Shown: positions 13,072 through 26,994, counted from the first letter of the stretch. The stretch: 55,904 nt of DNA from Eledone cirrhosa (GCA_964016885.1 CAXHJY010001654.1:1-55904), one strand, 5' to 3'. Program-made: numbers and translations. Notes: generated from the letters alone by a model not told the origin.

Positions 13072-13290
13072 TATATAATCAAGGTTTAGCAAATAAGAAA
13101 AAGTTTCAAAATAAATTTAAAAAAATTAACTTTACTCACTATGGTTACCTTTACCGAATCGGTTTCGAGTTTCAAAAATAAATGGACAGTCCTTACGTAA
13201 CCATAGTGAGTAGGTAACCATAGTGAGGAAAGTTAATTTTTTAAAATTTATTTTGAAACTTTTTCTTATTTGCTAAACCTTGATTATATA
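13072..13290. repeat. Inverted repeat of about 77 bp per arm with a hammerhead 3' half in the spacer; Penelope-like remnant
   Basis: tataatcaaggtttagcaaataag...cactatggttacct versus aggtaaccatagtg...aaaccttgattata. The spacer on minus reads GAAACTC-GAAA-CCGATTCGG-TA-AAGG. Confidence 0.8.
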
Positions 13291-13969
13291 TGTTCTGGCT
13301 CGTTAATTTATTAACCTGCCATTGAACCACATTGGCATATGGTTGGACAATACATGTGTCCCTATGCGCTTTGTGCGTGTAGGGATATATACTTTATTAT
13401 ATATATATATATAGTTTGATGAAATTGCAATACCACGAGGTGCTTCATGCAATGTATGGTACTGAAACATCGTGATACTCACTGTCTTACACAATGCTAA
13501 CTGAGGTTTTATCAGTTGAAGAGTATATCTCTATGGAATTTGATAGTGAAGTGGCAAAAATTGAACAAATTCATCAGGTCAATAAACAATAGTTTAATAT
13601 CATCAACGACTTAACGATCATCAAATCATCCATAAAGACATCAAAGATATTGATATATACCACAAATTAATTATGGACATCAACAAAAAATACAGCTAAC
13701 ATTAAGTAATTGATAATCAGGTTAGTCAGAGACCAAAGAAAATGTTGATAATTTCCAAAACTAGCGCCAGTTTCACCAAAACCCAGTGTTAGAAATAATT
13801 AAGTAAAAATGTGTATATTCCAACATACATATACAAACATATACACACACGCATACAAATATATACATAGACATACATATATGCACAAATATACACACAG
13901 ATACATACACTTATATACACAGACACACATGCACACACACGCACACATACATATATATGTATGCAGCCG

Positions 13970-14771
13970 TGGAAAATAGAGAAAAATACATTTTATTTTG
14001 TTTTGTTACAAAAAATATCTTTTCTTAGGCAACAAGGCTACCCATATCTTTATTGTATATAAATGTATTATATATGTCTTTATATACACCTCTATTATGC
14101 TTAAACGCTGTCTTAGTGCTACCACCAATTAAACATAACCTGCAAAGCTGACACTATATATAAATGACCATTTCCAGCTGATGTTTTCTATTTGCTATAT
14201 GCAAATGAGCATTTCTAGCAAGAGATCATCTTTTTCGCCCACTTATTCCTGAGAGCGTCGTGTGGGTAGAGTCCTCAAACACTCCATCCAGCAGATCCTG
14301 TCGGAAGCAACCATCTCCAACTGATATGGCTGGATGCCAAGACCAGCCAAGCTCATAGATGTTATCTTGCTCAGGGTCTACTGCTGCATCTCCTGCCGGC
14401 TGGTTTTACCCATAAAATCTGTCCAGTGATTTTATATTGAGACATTCTAACCACATGCCCATAATATCAAAGCTGTGACCTCTCAATTTGGAGAAGTAGA
14501 GATCATCATGCAAAATTCTATATAGACTATAGTCTATTTCTGAGTAGGTGTCACTTATGAAAGATTAACAAATCTTGAAACAACGCTGTCAGACATTCTC
14601 AGAACATAATGGCAACTATGTGATATATTCAGAGGAAAATAGAGGAACATTTTTTTTTTTCATTTTGTTACGAAAAAATATTTTTCTTTGGCAGTGAGGT
14701 TACCCATATGTTTAATGTACATAAATGAATTATATATGTTTATACATGCTTTCATATACACTCCTATTATA
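13970..14771. repeat. Degenerate direct repeat of about 130 bp (13970-14098 and 14633-14771) flanking an old RTE 3' remnant
   Basis: ggaaaatagag...ttttgttac.aaaaaatat...cccatat.ttta.tgta.ataaatg.attatatatg occurs in both; minus-strand RSQL*YYGHVVRMS at ~14440-14485. Confidence 0.65.
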
Positions 14772-14784
14772 AATACACATATAT

Positions 14785-14809
14785 TTATATATACATAGAC
14801 ATATATACA

Positions 14810-14845
<36 letters not shown>

Positions 14846-15426
14846 CATGCATATATATATATATGTATTTATATACATACATACATATATATATATATAT
14901 TTATATACATACATACATACATATATATATATACATACATGCATATATATATATATATATATATATACGTACATGCATATACATATATATATATATATAC
15001 GTACATGCATATATATATATATATATTTATATACATACATGCATATATATATATATATATTTATATACATACATGCATATATATATATATATATTTATAT
15101 ACATACATGCATATATATATATATATATTTATATACATACATGCATATATATATATATATATTTATATACATACATACATATATATATATATATATTTAT
15201 ATACATACATACATATATATATATATATATTTATATACATACATACATATATATATATTTATATACATACATACATATATATATATATATATTTATATAC
15301 ATACATACATATATATATATACATACATATATATATATATACATACATATATATATATACATACATACATATATATATATATACATACATATATATATAT
15401 ACATATATATATACATACATACATAT

Positions 15427-15459
<33 letters not shown>

Positions 15460-15582
15460 CATACATACATACATACATATATATATATATATACATACAT
15501 ATATATATATACATACATATATATATATATACATACATGCATATATATATATATATATACATACATGCATATATATATATAC

Positions 15583-15621
<39 letters not shown>

Positions 15622-15705
15622 CATACATATATATACATACATACATATATATATATATACATACATATATATATATATACATACATATATATATATACAT
15701 ACATA

Positions 15706-15737
<32 letters not shown>

Positions 15738-15835
15738 CATATATATACATACATACATACATACATATATATATATACATACATATATATATATATACAT
15801 ACATACATATATATATATACATACATACATATATA
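14785..15835. repeat. (TA)n/(TACA)n array with a TATTTATATACATACATG variant
   Basis: Direct reading. Confidence 0.98.
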
Positions 15836-16204
15836 TGGTGGCTGCCAACTCGTTTTCGAGTACGGCCACTACTTTATATCCATGTAGGAGAACCCCTACC
15901 GATGCGCTGAACGAGTGTGACTTTTTAGTCCAGCTAGCGACTTGAAAACTCGGGTACAAACACTACACTTGTGACAATTATTGACACATAGTGCTTTGCC
16001 TTTGGTACCATGTGACGACAAGTGCAGAGAGATCTCCAGATATAAAGCAATGCCTGTGCCGTGAAGCTTTTATAGTGAGCAAAGGCACTGCACAAAGCCA
16101 GTCCCACTCTCTTAACCAAGATGATATTTACCAAAAAGAAGAACAAGTCAACATCATTGGATACCATCAGGGTTGCAGGTGTTATATCAGAGTTTTCCTT
16201 CTCC
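15836..16204 (-). mobile_element. Bipartite non-autonomous RTE element, family B, 5'-truncated
   Basis: Near-identical to the 3' part of 17123-17727; 3' end ctcgaaaacgagttggcagccacca. Confidence 0.9.
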
Positions 16205-16288
16205 GATATATACATACATATATATACATACATACATACATACATATATAGATATACATACATACATATATACATACATACATACATA

Positions 16289-16320
<32 letters not shown>

Positions 16321-16349
16321 CATACATATACATACATACATATACATAC

Positions 16350-16434
<85 letters not shown>

Positions 16435-16451
16435 CACATACATATATATAT

Positions 16452-16502
<51 letters not shown>

Positions 16503-16513
16503 CACATACATAT

Positions 16514-16564
<51 letters not shown>

Positions 16565-16828
16565 CACATACATATATATATATATACATACATATATATA
16601 TATATATACATACATACATATATATATACATACATATATATATATATACATACATATATATATATATATATATACATACATATATATATATATACATACA
16701 TATATATATATATATATACATACATATATATATATATACATACATATATATATATATATATATACATACATAGATATATATACATACATATATATATATA
16801 CATACATATATATATATATACATACATA

Positions 16829-16869
<41 letters not shown>

Positions 16870-16953
16870 ACATATATATATATACATACATACATATATA
16901 TACATACATACATACATATACATACATACATATATATATATATATACATACAT

Positions 16954-16984
<31 letters not shown>

Positions 16985-17122
16985 CATACATACATACATA
17001 TATATATATACATACATACATACATACATATACATACATACATATATATATATATATACATACATACATATATATATATACATACATACATACATATATA
17101 TATATACATACATACATATATA
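16205..17122. repeat. (TA)n/(TACA)n array
   Basis: Direct reading. Confidence 0.98.
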
Positions 17123-17727
17123 TGGTGGCTGCCAACTCGTTTTCGAGTACAGCCACTACTTTATATCCATGTAGGAGAACCCCTACCGATGCGCTGAACG
17201 AATGTGACTTTTCAGTCCGGCCAGCGACTTGAAAACTTTGGTACAAACACTACACTTGTGACAATTATTGACACATAGTGCTGGGCCCATGGTACCATGT
17301 GACGACAAGTGCAGAGAGATCTCCAGATATAAAGCAATGCCTGTGCCGTGAAGTTTTTATAGTGAGCAAAGGCACTGCACAAAGCCAGTCCCACTCTCTT
17401 AACCAAGATGATATTTACCAAAAAGAAGAACAAGTCAACATCATTGGATATCATCAGGGTTGCAGGTGTGATATCAGAGTTTTCCTTCTCCTAGAATTCT
17501 GCCTTGACAAAGGCTAAGGGGTCATCTCTCCCGGTGATTTTGGATGGCCATTGACTCTTAAGAGCTCCTTTGCCCTTTGACAGGTTTTGTTTTTAGTCCT
17601 GCAGGATGTCCAAAGTCACCCTCCTCACCAAGAAACCTTGGTGGGGTTGCCAGTTTAGTCGCCAACGACCCGACCATGGGACAGGTTGTACTGGGATACA
17701 TGTTACCAGTAGCACCAACTGGTGACC
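17123..17727 (-). mobile_element. Bipartite non-autonomous RTE element, family B, full length (about 605 bp)
   Basis: RTE-like 5'UTR related to 23340-23560, joined to the last C2H2-finger codons ([23 protein letters not shown]) and the RTE 3' end. Confidence 0.92.
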
Positions 17728-17789
17728 TATATACATACATATATACATACATATATACATACATACATATATATATATACATACATACA

Positions 17790-18396
17790 TGGTGGCTGCC
17801 AACTCGTTTTCGAGTACGGCCACTACTTTATATCCATGTAGGAGAACCCCTACCGATGCGCTGAACGAGTGTGACTTTTTAGTCCAGCCGGCGACTTGAA
17901 AACTCTGGTACAAACACTACACTTGTGACAATTACTGACACAGTGCTGGGCCCATGGTACCATGTGACGACAAGTGCAGAGAGATCTCCAGATATAAAGC
18001 AATGCCTGTGCCGTGAAGCTTTTATAGTGAGCAAAGGCACTGCACAAAGCCAGTCCCACTCTCTTAACCAAGATGATATTTACCAAAAAGAAGAACAAGT
18101 CAACATCATTGGATACCATCAGGGTTGCAGGTGTTATATCAGAGTTTTCCTTCTCCTAGAATTCTGCCTTGACAAAGGCTAAGGGGTCATCTCTCCCGGT
18201 GATTTTGGATGGCCATTGACTCTTAAGAGCTCCTTTGCCCTTTGACAGGTTTTGTTTTTAGTCCTGCAGGATGTCCAAAGTCACCCTCCTCACCAAGAAA
18301 CCTTGGTGGGGTTGCCAGTTTAGTCGCCAACGACCCGACCATGGGACAGGTTGTACTGGGATACATGTTACCAGTAGCACCAACTGGTGACCTGAC
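17790..18396 (-). mobile_element. Bipartite non-autonomous RTE element, family B, full length
   Basis: Near-identical to 17123-17727; encodes [23 protein letters not shown]. Confidence 0.92.
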
Positions 18397-18857
18397 ATAA
18401 ATACATACATACATATATATATATATACATACATACATACATATATATATACATACATATATATATACATACATACATATATATATACATACATATATAT
18501 ATACATACATACATATATATATACATACATATATACATACATACATATATATATACATACATATATATATACATACATACATATATATATACATACATAC
18601 ATATATATATACATACAAATATATATATATACATACATATATATATACATACATATATATATACATACATATATATATACATACATATATATATACATAC
18701 AAATATATATATATACATACATATATATATATATACATACATATATATATATATATATACATACATACATATATATATACATACATATATATATATATAT
18801 ATACATACATACATATATATATACATACATATATATATATATATATACATACATACA

Positions 18858-18911
<54 letters not shown>

Positions 18912-19064
18912 TATACATACATATATATATATATACATACATATATATATATATACATACATATATATATATACATACATATATATATATATATACATAC
19001 ATATATATATATACATACATATATATATATATACATACATATATATATACATATATATATATAT

Positions 19065-19111
<47 letters not shown>

Positions 19112-19178
19112 CATATATATATACATATATATATATACATATATATATACATACATATATATACATATATATACATAC

Positions 19179-19227
<49 letters not shown>

Positions 19228-19433
19228 CATATATATATATACATACATATATATATATATACATATATATATACATACATATATATATATACATATATAT
19301 ATACATACATATATATATACATACATATATATATACATACATATATATATACATACATATATATATACATACATATATATATACATACATATATATATAC
19401 ATACATATATATATATATACATATATATATACA
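18397..19433. repeat. (TA)n/(TACATACA)n array
   Basis: Direct reading. Confidence 0.98.
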
Positions 19434-19507
19434 TGATGGCTGCCCCCTCGTTATCGAGTATGGCCATTGCACAATAAAAAAAAAAAAATAAATAAAATAA
19501 AAAAAAA

Positions 19508-19562
<55 letters not shown>

Positions 19563-19641
19563 GCAATAATAATAATAACGACAACAACAATAATAATATA
19601 CATATTCATATATATATACACACACACGCACGCACATAAGC

Positions 19642-19679
<38 letters not shown>

Positions 19680-22600
19680 GATAGCAACTAACAGTGCTGC
19701 GATCGAATGTGGCTTTTTAGCCCAGCCAATGATCCAAAATGTCTTGCACAGAGTCGGCAACCAAAACATTTACTGGGAATAGTCGGCTGTGGTTGGAGTT
19801 CGTGTACTTTTGCATGTCGCTTGAGTCCTCCTGCTGATTTACATTCTCTACCACATGTTTGGCAAGCATGATGAGTAGCATCTCCAACAGCAGCCTGGTA
19901 GTCAACCACTGGTCTTACTTTATGACTGCGAAGATGACTTTCGAGTCCAGCTTTGCTTAGGCAGAGTCTCGCACAGACGCTGCATGTCAGAAACATAGGA
20001 GGACCCTCGCCGTCTGGAAGTGCAACAGCAATACCCTTCCTCACGTCCCGCTTTACTTTCTCGTGTGCGATTCGAGATGCCTCAAAGGCAACTTTTCCCT
20101 CATATACAGTCTTTCTCCATTTATTACGATCAGCAGCAATATTTTCCCATGTATCAGCAGAGATGTTAGCGTCTTTCAGAGAGGCCTTCAAGGAATCCTT
20201 ATACCTCTTTTTTGGTTTATGTGGCGGTCGTTTTCCTTTAACCAACTCTCCATAGAAGAGTTGTTTTGGTATTCTAGAATCCTTCATCCTGGCAAGGTGA
20301 CCACTCCAACGGAGTCGCTGCTTAAGCACAAGAGCTTCTATACTGTCACACATAGAGCTTTCCAAAATCTCGACATCACTGATGTGGTCCCTCCAGCGAA
20401 CGCCATGTATCCGTCTGAGACACATCTGATGGAAACGCTCCAATTGCTTAAGGTGGCGTCGATATGTGACCCAGGTCTCGCAGGCATAAAGAAGACAAGA
20501 GAGTACACATGCCCTGTACACCTTTACCTTTGTCCTCCTGCATATGTCTCGCCGACCCCAGAGTCGCCTTTCTAGCTTTCCGAAAGCATCACTTGCTTTC
20601 CTAATCCTAAGTGAGATTTCACTGTCAAGGTTGCCGTATCGATTGACAGTGCTTCCCAGGTAGACAAACTGATCAACCACTCCAAGTCGTTTGCCATACA
20701 CATAGATGTTTGGTTCAGTGTACTGCCTACCAGGTGCAGGTTGGTACATGACGACGGTTTTCTTGAGACTGACAGTCAAACCCAGGGCAGTGCAAGCGTC
20801 AGAAAATACATTCAAAATGTGCTGCATATCACTCTCTGTGTGCGCTACAAGATCGCAATCATCTGCATACAAGAGGTCTCTTATGACTGATGTAAATACT
20901 TTTGTCTTCGCAGCAAAGCGCCTGATGTTAAATATGCTGCCTGAGGTTCGATATCGGATGTAAACACCATGCTCGCAATTCCTGAATGCAATACAGAAAA
21001 CCATTGCAAAGTATATGGCAAACAGGGTCGGTGCTGGAATATCCCCCTGTTTCACTCCATTTTTTACTGAGATAGGCTCCGACATGTTACCTCCGACATT
21101 AACCCAAGCCTTCATGTCGTCATGGAAAGACCTAACTAAAGCAAGGAACTTATCAGGGCAACCAAGTTTCTGGAGAACCTTCCATAATGCATCTCTGTTG
21201 ACAGTATCGAAAGCCTTTGTCAGATCGACAAAAACCTGATACAGATCCAAGCCCTGTTCAATGCACTTCTCCTGGAGCTGTCTAGCTGAGAAGATCATAT
21301 CAGTAGTGCCGCGTCCAACACGAAAACCAGATTGACTTTCAGGAAGGACACAATCTGCAATGTGTGTCAGCAGACGGTCCAGAAGCACCCTACATAAAAC
21401 TTTCCCCACGACAGAAAGCAATGATATACCTCTGTAGTTCCCACAATCATTCCTGTTACCCTTTCCCTTGTACAAGACCACCATTACTGCATCTCTCCAG
21501 TCCTCAGGCACGGATTCATTAGCCCATATCCTTCCAAACAGAGAGTGAAGATGTTGCAGGAGTCTCTCACCACCATATTGTAGGAGCTCAGCATGTATGC
21601 CATCCATACCTGGAGATCTTCCACTGTTCAGCTTCGAAATAGCCACTGCAACCTCCACAAGTGTCGGAGGCTCTGCGAGAGCTACTTTCACAGGACTTTC
21701 CGGAATGAGATTGAGGAAATCTTCACTGACGACAGACGGCTGATTCAAAAGATCATCAAAGTGCTCCCGCCACCTTCGTAGAATTCCCTGTGAGTCACGA
21801 AGAAGTTCTTTGCCATCCCTGCTGCGAATCGGTGTCACCAGAGAAGAAGACGGTCCATAAACCTCACGCAAGAGACTGTACAACAGCTTTGTGTTATTGC
21901 AATCAGACGCAGTTTGTATCTCACCAGCCTTCTCACTCCACCACTGATCCTTCATCTGAGAAAGACTCCGCCTAACACGTGATTTTACATCCCTGAGCTC
22001 CTCATGCAACGTATTCCTCTCCTGTGGTCTTGCCGTCAAGTAGCGTGACAGAGCGCGCCTCTTATCAGCCAACAAGTCATCTATATGCACATCTTTCTCA
22101 TCAAACCAGTCCTGATGTTTTCTCTGCACCAATCCCAGAACACGTCTGCCTACATCATAAACCGACTTTTTAAGGGTCGGCCAATCCTCACCAAGATCTG
22201 CAGCCTGCATCTCTTCTTCCAATGTCCTCTTCACATTTTTATCCTTAAGACGAGCAGCATTCAATCTTTTGGGCAGGGTAACACCAGGAGCCCGGATTTT
22301 ACGTTTGGTGATTAGATTCACTTTTGCGCGTACCAGGCGGTGGTCCGTCCAGCACTCAGCTCCACGAAGAACACGAACACACCGCACATCCTGTCTGTCA
22401 CGCATCCTGACTAGGACGTAGTCCAAAAGATGCCATTCCTTAGATGCAGGATGCATCCATGTGGTCTTGAATTTGTTCTTTTGTTGGAACATGGTGTTGG
22501 TAACACACAGATCCAGCTCCTCACACATCTGCAGCAAGAGCATACCATTGCTGTTACACTTTCCCACCCCATGCCTTCCGATTACATTCCATGTGTTAAA

Positions 22601-23278
22601 ATCCCTACCCACTCTAGCATTAAAGTCACCAAGCACGATGACTTTGTCTGCCTGAGGGATATTTCTTAAAACACCTTTCAAGGCATGGTAAAAGGACAGT
22701 TTTTCTTCATCGACAGAATTCATAGTTGGAGCATACACACTCACCAGGGTAGCATATCTTCCCTTGTCCAGCGGAACTCTCATGGACATAAGACGCTCAC
22801 TAATCCCCACTGGGAATTCTTCCAATTTATTCACCAGTACAGTCTTAACAGCAAATCCTACCCCAGCCTCTCTTCTGGTTCCTTCATCTCTTCCTTTCCA
22901 GAAGAATGTATATTCTCCACAAAATTCCGTAAGATGACCATCTCCAGCTAACCTCGTCTCAGACAAAGCCACGATGTCAAGATCGTAACGTCGAAGCTCC
23001 CTCGCAACAAGAGCGGTCCTTCGTTCAGGACGCTCCAAAGAATCCCTGTCAAGCAGCGTCCGTACGTTCCAGCAGCCAAGACTAAATGCCCTGTTTGGCT
23101 CTATTACAATGGCACGATGACGGGCGGGCCCAGGTTGTGATAACTTGGGGCCCCTGCCCTTATTGCCAATGATCTTTTTTGTTCCAGAACCCAAATTGGC
23201 AATTATCTCGTTTACATTGTTCTGGAACATCATTGAATTGGGGAAAAAAAAAAAAAAAAAAAAAAAAAAGTAATAATA

Positions 23279-23313
<35 letters not shown>

Positions 23314-23614
23314 ACACTATTAATAATTATTAATGCACTCGTGCAATGCCTGTGCGTGACGAATATTTTTAAAGTGAGGAAAGACTGTGCACTGAACCAA
23401 TCCCACTCTCTGAGCGACAGTAGCTATAACCCGAAAAGAAGAAAAGATCAACATCATCGGTAACTACTGAGCCGCAGGTTTTATATCGGAGTTAACCCAG
23501 TTTCCTGAGATGCCTTCTCCTAGAAGAATACCCTGACATGGGCTAGGGGTTCTTCACTCCCAGTGGTTTAACTGCGCGATCGGGCATCCAGCCCGATTAT
23601 TTCTATGTCCCCGC

Positions 23615-23616
<2 letters not shown>
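19434..23616 (-). mobile_element. Apparently intact single-ORF RTE/BovB-like LINE
   Basis: 5'UTR, 1181-aa ORF, 3'UTR with (TG)n and (TAT)n tracts, and terminal hairpin CTCG-ATAA-CGAG. Confidence 0.95.
19688..23233 (-). CDS. RTE LINE ORF: APE endonuclease, reverse transcriptase and three C-terminal C2H2 zinc fingers
   Basis: WNVRTL, LSETR, VYAPT, GDFNAR, TDHRLV (APE); [32 protein letters not shown] (RT); CSVC..H..H, CQTC..H..H, CRLC..H...H. Uninterrupted. Confidence 0.97.
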   Translation of the reverse strand: MMFQNNVNEIIANLGSGTKKIIGNKGRGPKLSQPGPARHRAIVIEPNRAFSLGCWNVRTLLDRDSLERPERRTALVARELRRYDLDIVALSETRLAGDGHLTEFCGEYTFFWKGRDEGTRREAGVGFAVKTVLVNKLEEFPVGISERLMSMRVPLDKGRYATLVSVYAPTMNSVDEEKLSFYHALKGVLRNIPQADKVIVLGDFNARVGRDFNTWNVIGRHGVGKCNSNGMLLLQMCEELDLCVTNTMFQQKNKFKTTWMHPASKEWHLLDYVLVRMRDRQDVRCVRVLRGAECWTDHRLVRAKVNLITKRKIRAPGVTLPKRLNAARLKDKNVKRTLEEEMQAADLGEDWPTLKKSVYDVGRRVLGLVQRKHQDWFDEKDVHIDDLLADKRRALSRYLTARPQERNTLHEELRDVKSRVRRSLSQMKDQWWSEKAGEIQTASDCNNTKLLYSLLREVYGPSSSLVTPIRSRDGKELLRDSQGILRRWREHFDDLLNQPSVVSEDFLNLIPESPVKVALAEPPTLVEVAVAISKLNSGRSPGMDGIHAELLQYGGERLLQHLHSLFGRIWANESVPEDWRDAVMVVLYKGKGNRNDCGNYRGISLLSVVGKVLCRVLLDRLLTHIADCVLPESQSGFRVGRGTTDMIFSARQLQEKCIEQGLDLYQVFVDLTKAFDTVNRDALWKVLQKLGCPDKFLALVRSFHDDMKAWVNVGGNMSEPISVKNGVKQGDIPAPTLFAIYFAMVFCIAFRNCEHGVYIRYRTSGSIFNIRRFAAKTKVFTSVIRDLLYADDCDLVAHTESDMQHILNVFSDACTALGLTVSLKKTVVMYQPAPGRQYTEPNIYVYGKRLGVVDQFVYLGSTVNRYGNLDSEISLRIRKASDAFGKLERRLWGRRDICRRTKVKVYRACVLSCLLYACETWVTYRRHLKQLERFHQMCLRRIHGVRWRDHISDVEILESSMCDSIEALVLKQRLRWSGHLARMKDSRIPKQLFYGELVKGKRPPHKPKKRYKDSLKASLKDANISADTWENIAADRNKWRKTVYEGKVAFEASRIAHEKVKRDVRKGIAVALPDGEGPPMFLTCSVCARLCLSKAGLESHLRSHKVRPVVDYQAAVGDATHHACQTCGRECKSAGGLKRHAKVHELQPQPTIPSKCFGCRLCARHFGSLAGLKSHIRSQHC

Positions 23617-23650
<34 letters not shown>

Positions 23651-23653
<3 letters not shown>

Positions 23654-24095
23654 ACTTATTGACACTTATACGTACGACATACACACACACGCATACATAT
23701 GCGTGCACACAGCAACACTCACACACACAACAAACACACACACACGCTACTCTACTCACTTACACGCACACACACACATATATATATATATATTACCGTC
23801 ATTACTGATACAAGATTACCAGATTATGTCAACTGTTGACTTTCAAGAGTTTGTATAGTTGAAGCCGATCGTATTACAGTCCAGTATTACTATAATTGCT
23901 TTACAGCATAGAGTTATGGCTCTCCACGGAGTCAACAAAAGAGAGTACCAGTGATGCGCTGGCCAGTCGCTGGATCCGTGCCAAAAGCAGAAAAATTATT
24001 ATTAAAGTTGTTCTTAAGGCCAGGTCGCTGGTGATGGTGATGGCGACGGCGGTGGCGGTGGTGGTGGTGGTGGCAGTTGATGTTGTTGTTCTGTT
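23651..24095 (-). other. Upstream leader homologous to 37519-38106
   Basis: Shared blocks ACTTATTGACACT, ATGCGCTGG..CAGTCGCTG..TGCCAA and AGTTGTT.TTAAG.CC..TCGCTGGTGATGGTG, in the same order. Confidence 0.75.
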
Positions 24096-24822
24096 GTGTG
24101 TGTGTGTGTGTGTGTGTGTTTTGTTATTTTGAGTTTTTTTTTTTTTTTTTTCCTTTCTTTTTTTTCTCCTTTTTTTTTTTTTTTTTTTGCATGTATATAT
24201 GTGTGTTAGGACAACACACGCTGTCTCTTCGTGGGGTAAGTTTTTAATTAATTTTTGTATTCTGAAACATCAAAATACAACAATTTGTTGGTTACTGGTC
24301 TCGGGAATGTCACGACAGAAGTTTGTGGAAGTTACACAAATATTTTAGTATATTTTAGCAGAGCAATCCTTATTTATATTTTACATTTACTTACATCTCA
24401 ATATAACATGGCTAGAATTCAAATTTTGCTAAGAGAAGAAAACGGTCAAATGAACTAGATACATCTCACTGTCCACACCACCACAATAACGTCTACACTC
24501 TCTCCCCACCATCACATGTCATTACCATACCATACCCTATCGAGACTAAAGTCATCGACCTGTTGTCAAACTCTCTACTCTCTGATGAATGTATATATAT
24601 ATATGTGTGTGTATGTATATGTGTGTATATACATCACTCAGTCAAACAACCAGATTTCAACCCCAACATCTACAACAACAACAACACCGGCCCTAATGTT
24701 TACAGCAACAACAGCTTCAGAATGAACTGAAATGAACATTTACAACAATTACAACAACAACAACAACAGCGGCATCAAAACATAAAAAAAGGAAGGGAAA
24801 AGAAAAAAGAAAAGGGAAGGGG

Positions 24823-24852
<30 letters not shown>

Positions 24853-24857
<5 letters not shown>

Positions 24858-24882
24858 TATACATACATATATATATACATAC

Positions 24883-24937
<55 letters not shown>

Positions 24938-24938
24938 C

Positions 24939-24969
<31 letters not shown>

Positions 24970-25183
24970 CATACATACATATATATACATACATACATAT
25001 ATATACATACATACATATATATACATACATACATATATATACATACATACATATATATACATACATACATATATATATACATACATACATATATATACAT
25101 ACATACATATATATACATACATACATATATATACATACATACATATATATACATACATACATATATATACATACATACATATA

Positions 25184-25215
<32 letters not shown>

Positions 25216-25430
25216 CATATATATACATACATACATATATATATATACATACATATATACATACATACATATATATATATACATACATATATATATATAC
25301 ATACATATATATATATACATACATATATATATATACATACATATATATATATACATACATATACATACATATATACATACATATACATACATACATACAT
25401 ATACATACATACATATATATACATACATAC

Positions 25431-25479
<49 letters not shown>

Positions 25480-25487
25480 CATACATA

Positions 25488-25519
<32 letters not shown>

Positions 25520-25880
25520 CATATATATATATACATATATATATACATACATATATATATATATATACATACATATATATACATATACATACATACATAC
25601 ATATATACATACATATATACATACATACATATATACATACATACATACATACATACATACATACATACATACATAAATATATATATACATACATGCATAT
25701 ATATATATATATATATATACATACATGTACATGAATATACATACATGTACATGAATATACATACACATACATGAATATATGTACATGCATATACATATAT
25801 ATACATACATGCGTACACACAAACATATATATATATACACACATATACATACATGCGTACACACAAACTTATATATATAT
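24853..25880. repeat. (TA)n/(TACA)n array preceded by an A-rich tract
   Basis: Direct reading. Confidence 0.98.
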
Positions 25881-26149
25881 ACTGTAGAACTTGTGTATGA
25901 CCTGTTTATCCTCCCCCCTCTCTCATTTTTATGTAATGATCTTTTGTTCTTTCCTTATGCCTAACATAATTTATCATTTGCTCTCTCTTACTATGTATTC
26001 TCTTTTATATCTTCCTCTCTTTCTCACTATCTCCCCCATCTTCAGATGATGGTGGTGTTTTTGTTTTATTATTATTATCTACTAGGTCTGGTGGAAGGGG
26101 TTTTTGCCACTGACTTTTATATGTCCCTCGAGACTGATGAGATTGAAGC

Positions 26150-26460
26150 TGTTGATGTTCAGCTTAAATTATTGCAAGTCAGACTCTTGCATGAAAGATA
26201 TGTTTCATAGAAGGAATTCCAGAGGGAAGATGTTCTGGGGAGGAATGACTGAGCATAGTGGTTATTGCAGAGCCTGGGGAGTTGGACACTATATGTGTAA
26301 TGAGAGGGGGAATGCCTGAGTGAAGCGAGTATGAGGTCAGCCAGATCTGAAGAGCAGATACCATGGTAGCAGTTGTAGAAATGTGAGCCAGAAGCTAGAG
26401 CATGTCTGTCAGTGACTTTATGCCAATCAGACAAGTGGCAAGTAATCTAAGATGTATGAA
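26150..26460 (-). pseudogene. Degenerate CR1/L2-group LINE C-terminal remnant
   Basis: FYNCYHGICSSDLA...YSVQLPRLCNNHYAQSFLPRTSSLWNSF (SF.PRT..LWNSL-type motif). Confidence 0.7.
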
Positions 26461-26915
26461 TGTGTAGCAGCACCATCTCAGATGTGGAGGCACTACTCCA
26501 TCGTGGATTTTACCTGAACAGTATCAGTGAAAGCTTATAGAGAGCAGACAATAACAAAGTTAAATCGAATGTTAGTCCAGCTTAGACCATCCTTTCAGAT
26601 AAAATTTAGTTTTTTGTGAATGATTGAAGAAATCCAAGCATATGTTCAAGTAGTTCTTTTTTAAAAAACAGTTGTGTAAGTATATTTCACTTTTCGGTTG
26701 GTTAATGTGGGGTGTGAATTTTTTTGGTACCCTCCATTTTATGGAGGAATCTATCCAATCAGGAGGCATAGCATTAAGTTCACAAGCCATATATGGAACC
26801 TCAAGACGACACGGATTTCTATATAAAATGGACAATACTGGAAAAATCCACACTCTACATTAAGAGATCAAACATTTTTTTAATTGTGTACTGCTGAAAA
26901 CTGGAATATACTTAC

Positions 26916-26994
26916 ACAACTGTTTTCTAAACAGAACTGCTTCAACACATGATTGGATTTCTTCAATCATTGCCCACACAAAACTTAATATTTT
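26916..26994 (-). other. Possible 79-nt host exon, unidentified
   Basis: ctctctcttcag acceptor and gtaagt donor; one open frame, KILSFVWAMIEEIQSCVEAVLFRKQL; no recognised homology. Confidence 0.3.

Noticed and set aside
13516-13577. Possible plus-strand exon EEYISMEFDSEVAKIEQIHQ
   Set aside because: Weak splice signals, no recognisable homology, no partner exons.
17583-17727. Canonical HDV-like or twister ribozyme call
   Set aside because: A 7-bp G-U-starting helix and CTAA are present, but L3/P1.1 do not fit HDV. GUCCCA and GAGGG pieces exist but not in twister order with a UAA loop. Kept only as an unclassified structured RNA.
15836-18396. CRISPR-like repeat-spacer array
   Set aside because: Units are 370-605 bp retroelements separated by microsatellite; eukaryotic context, no cas genes.
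19953-22951. Short plus-strand ORFs over the LINE
   Set aside because: Antisense shadows of the RT ORF with no independent motifs.
24690-24785. Second, oppositely oriented copy of the shared leader (tgaaatgaaca...acaaca..gc.gcatca, resembling 38060-38100 minus)
   Set aside because: The match is short and mostly (ACA)n low complexity.
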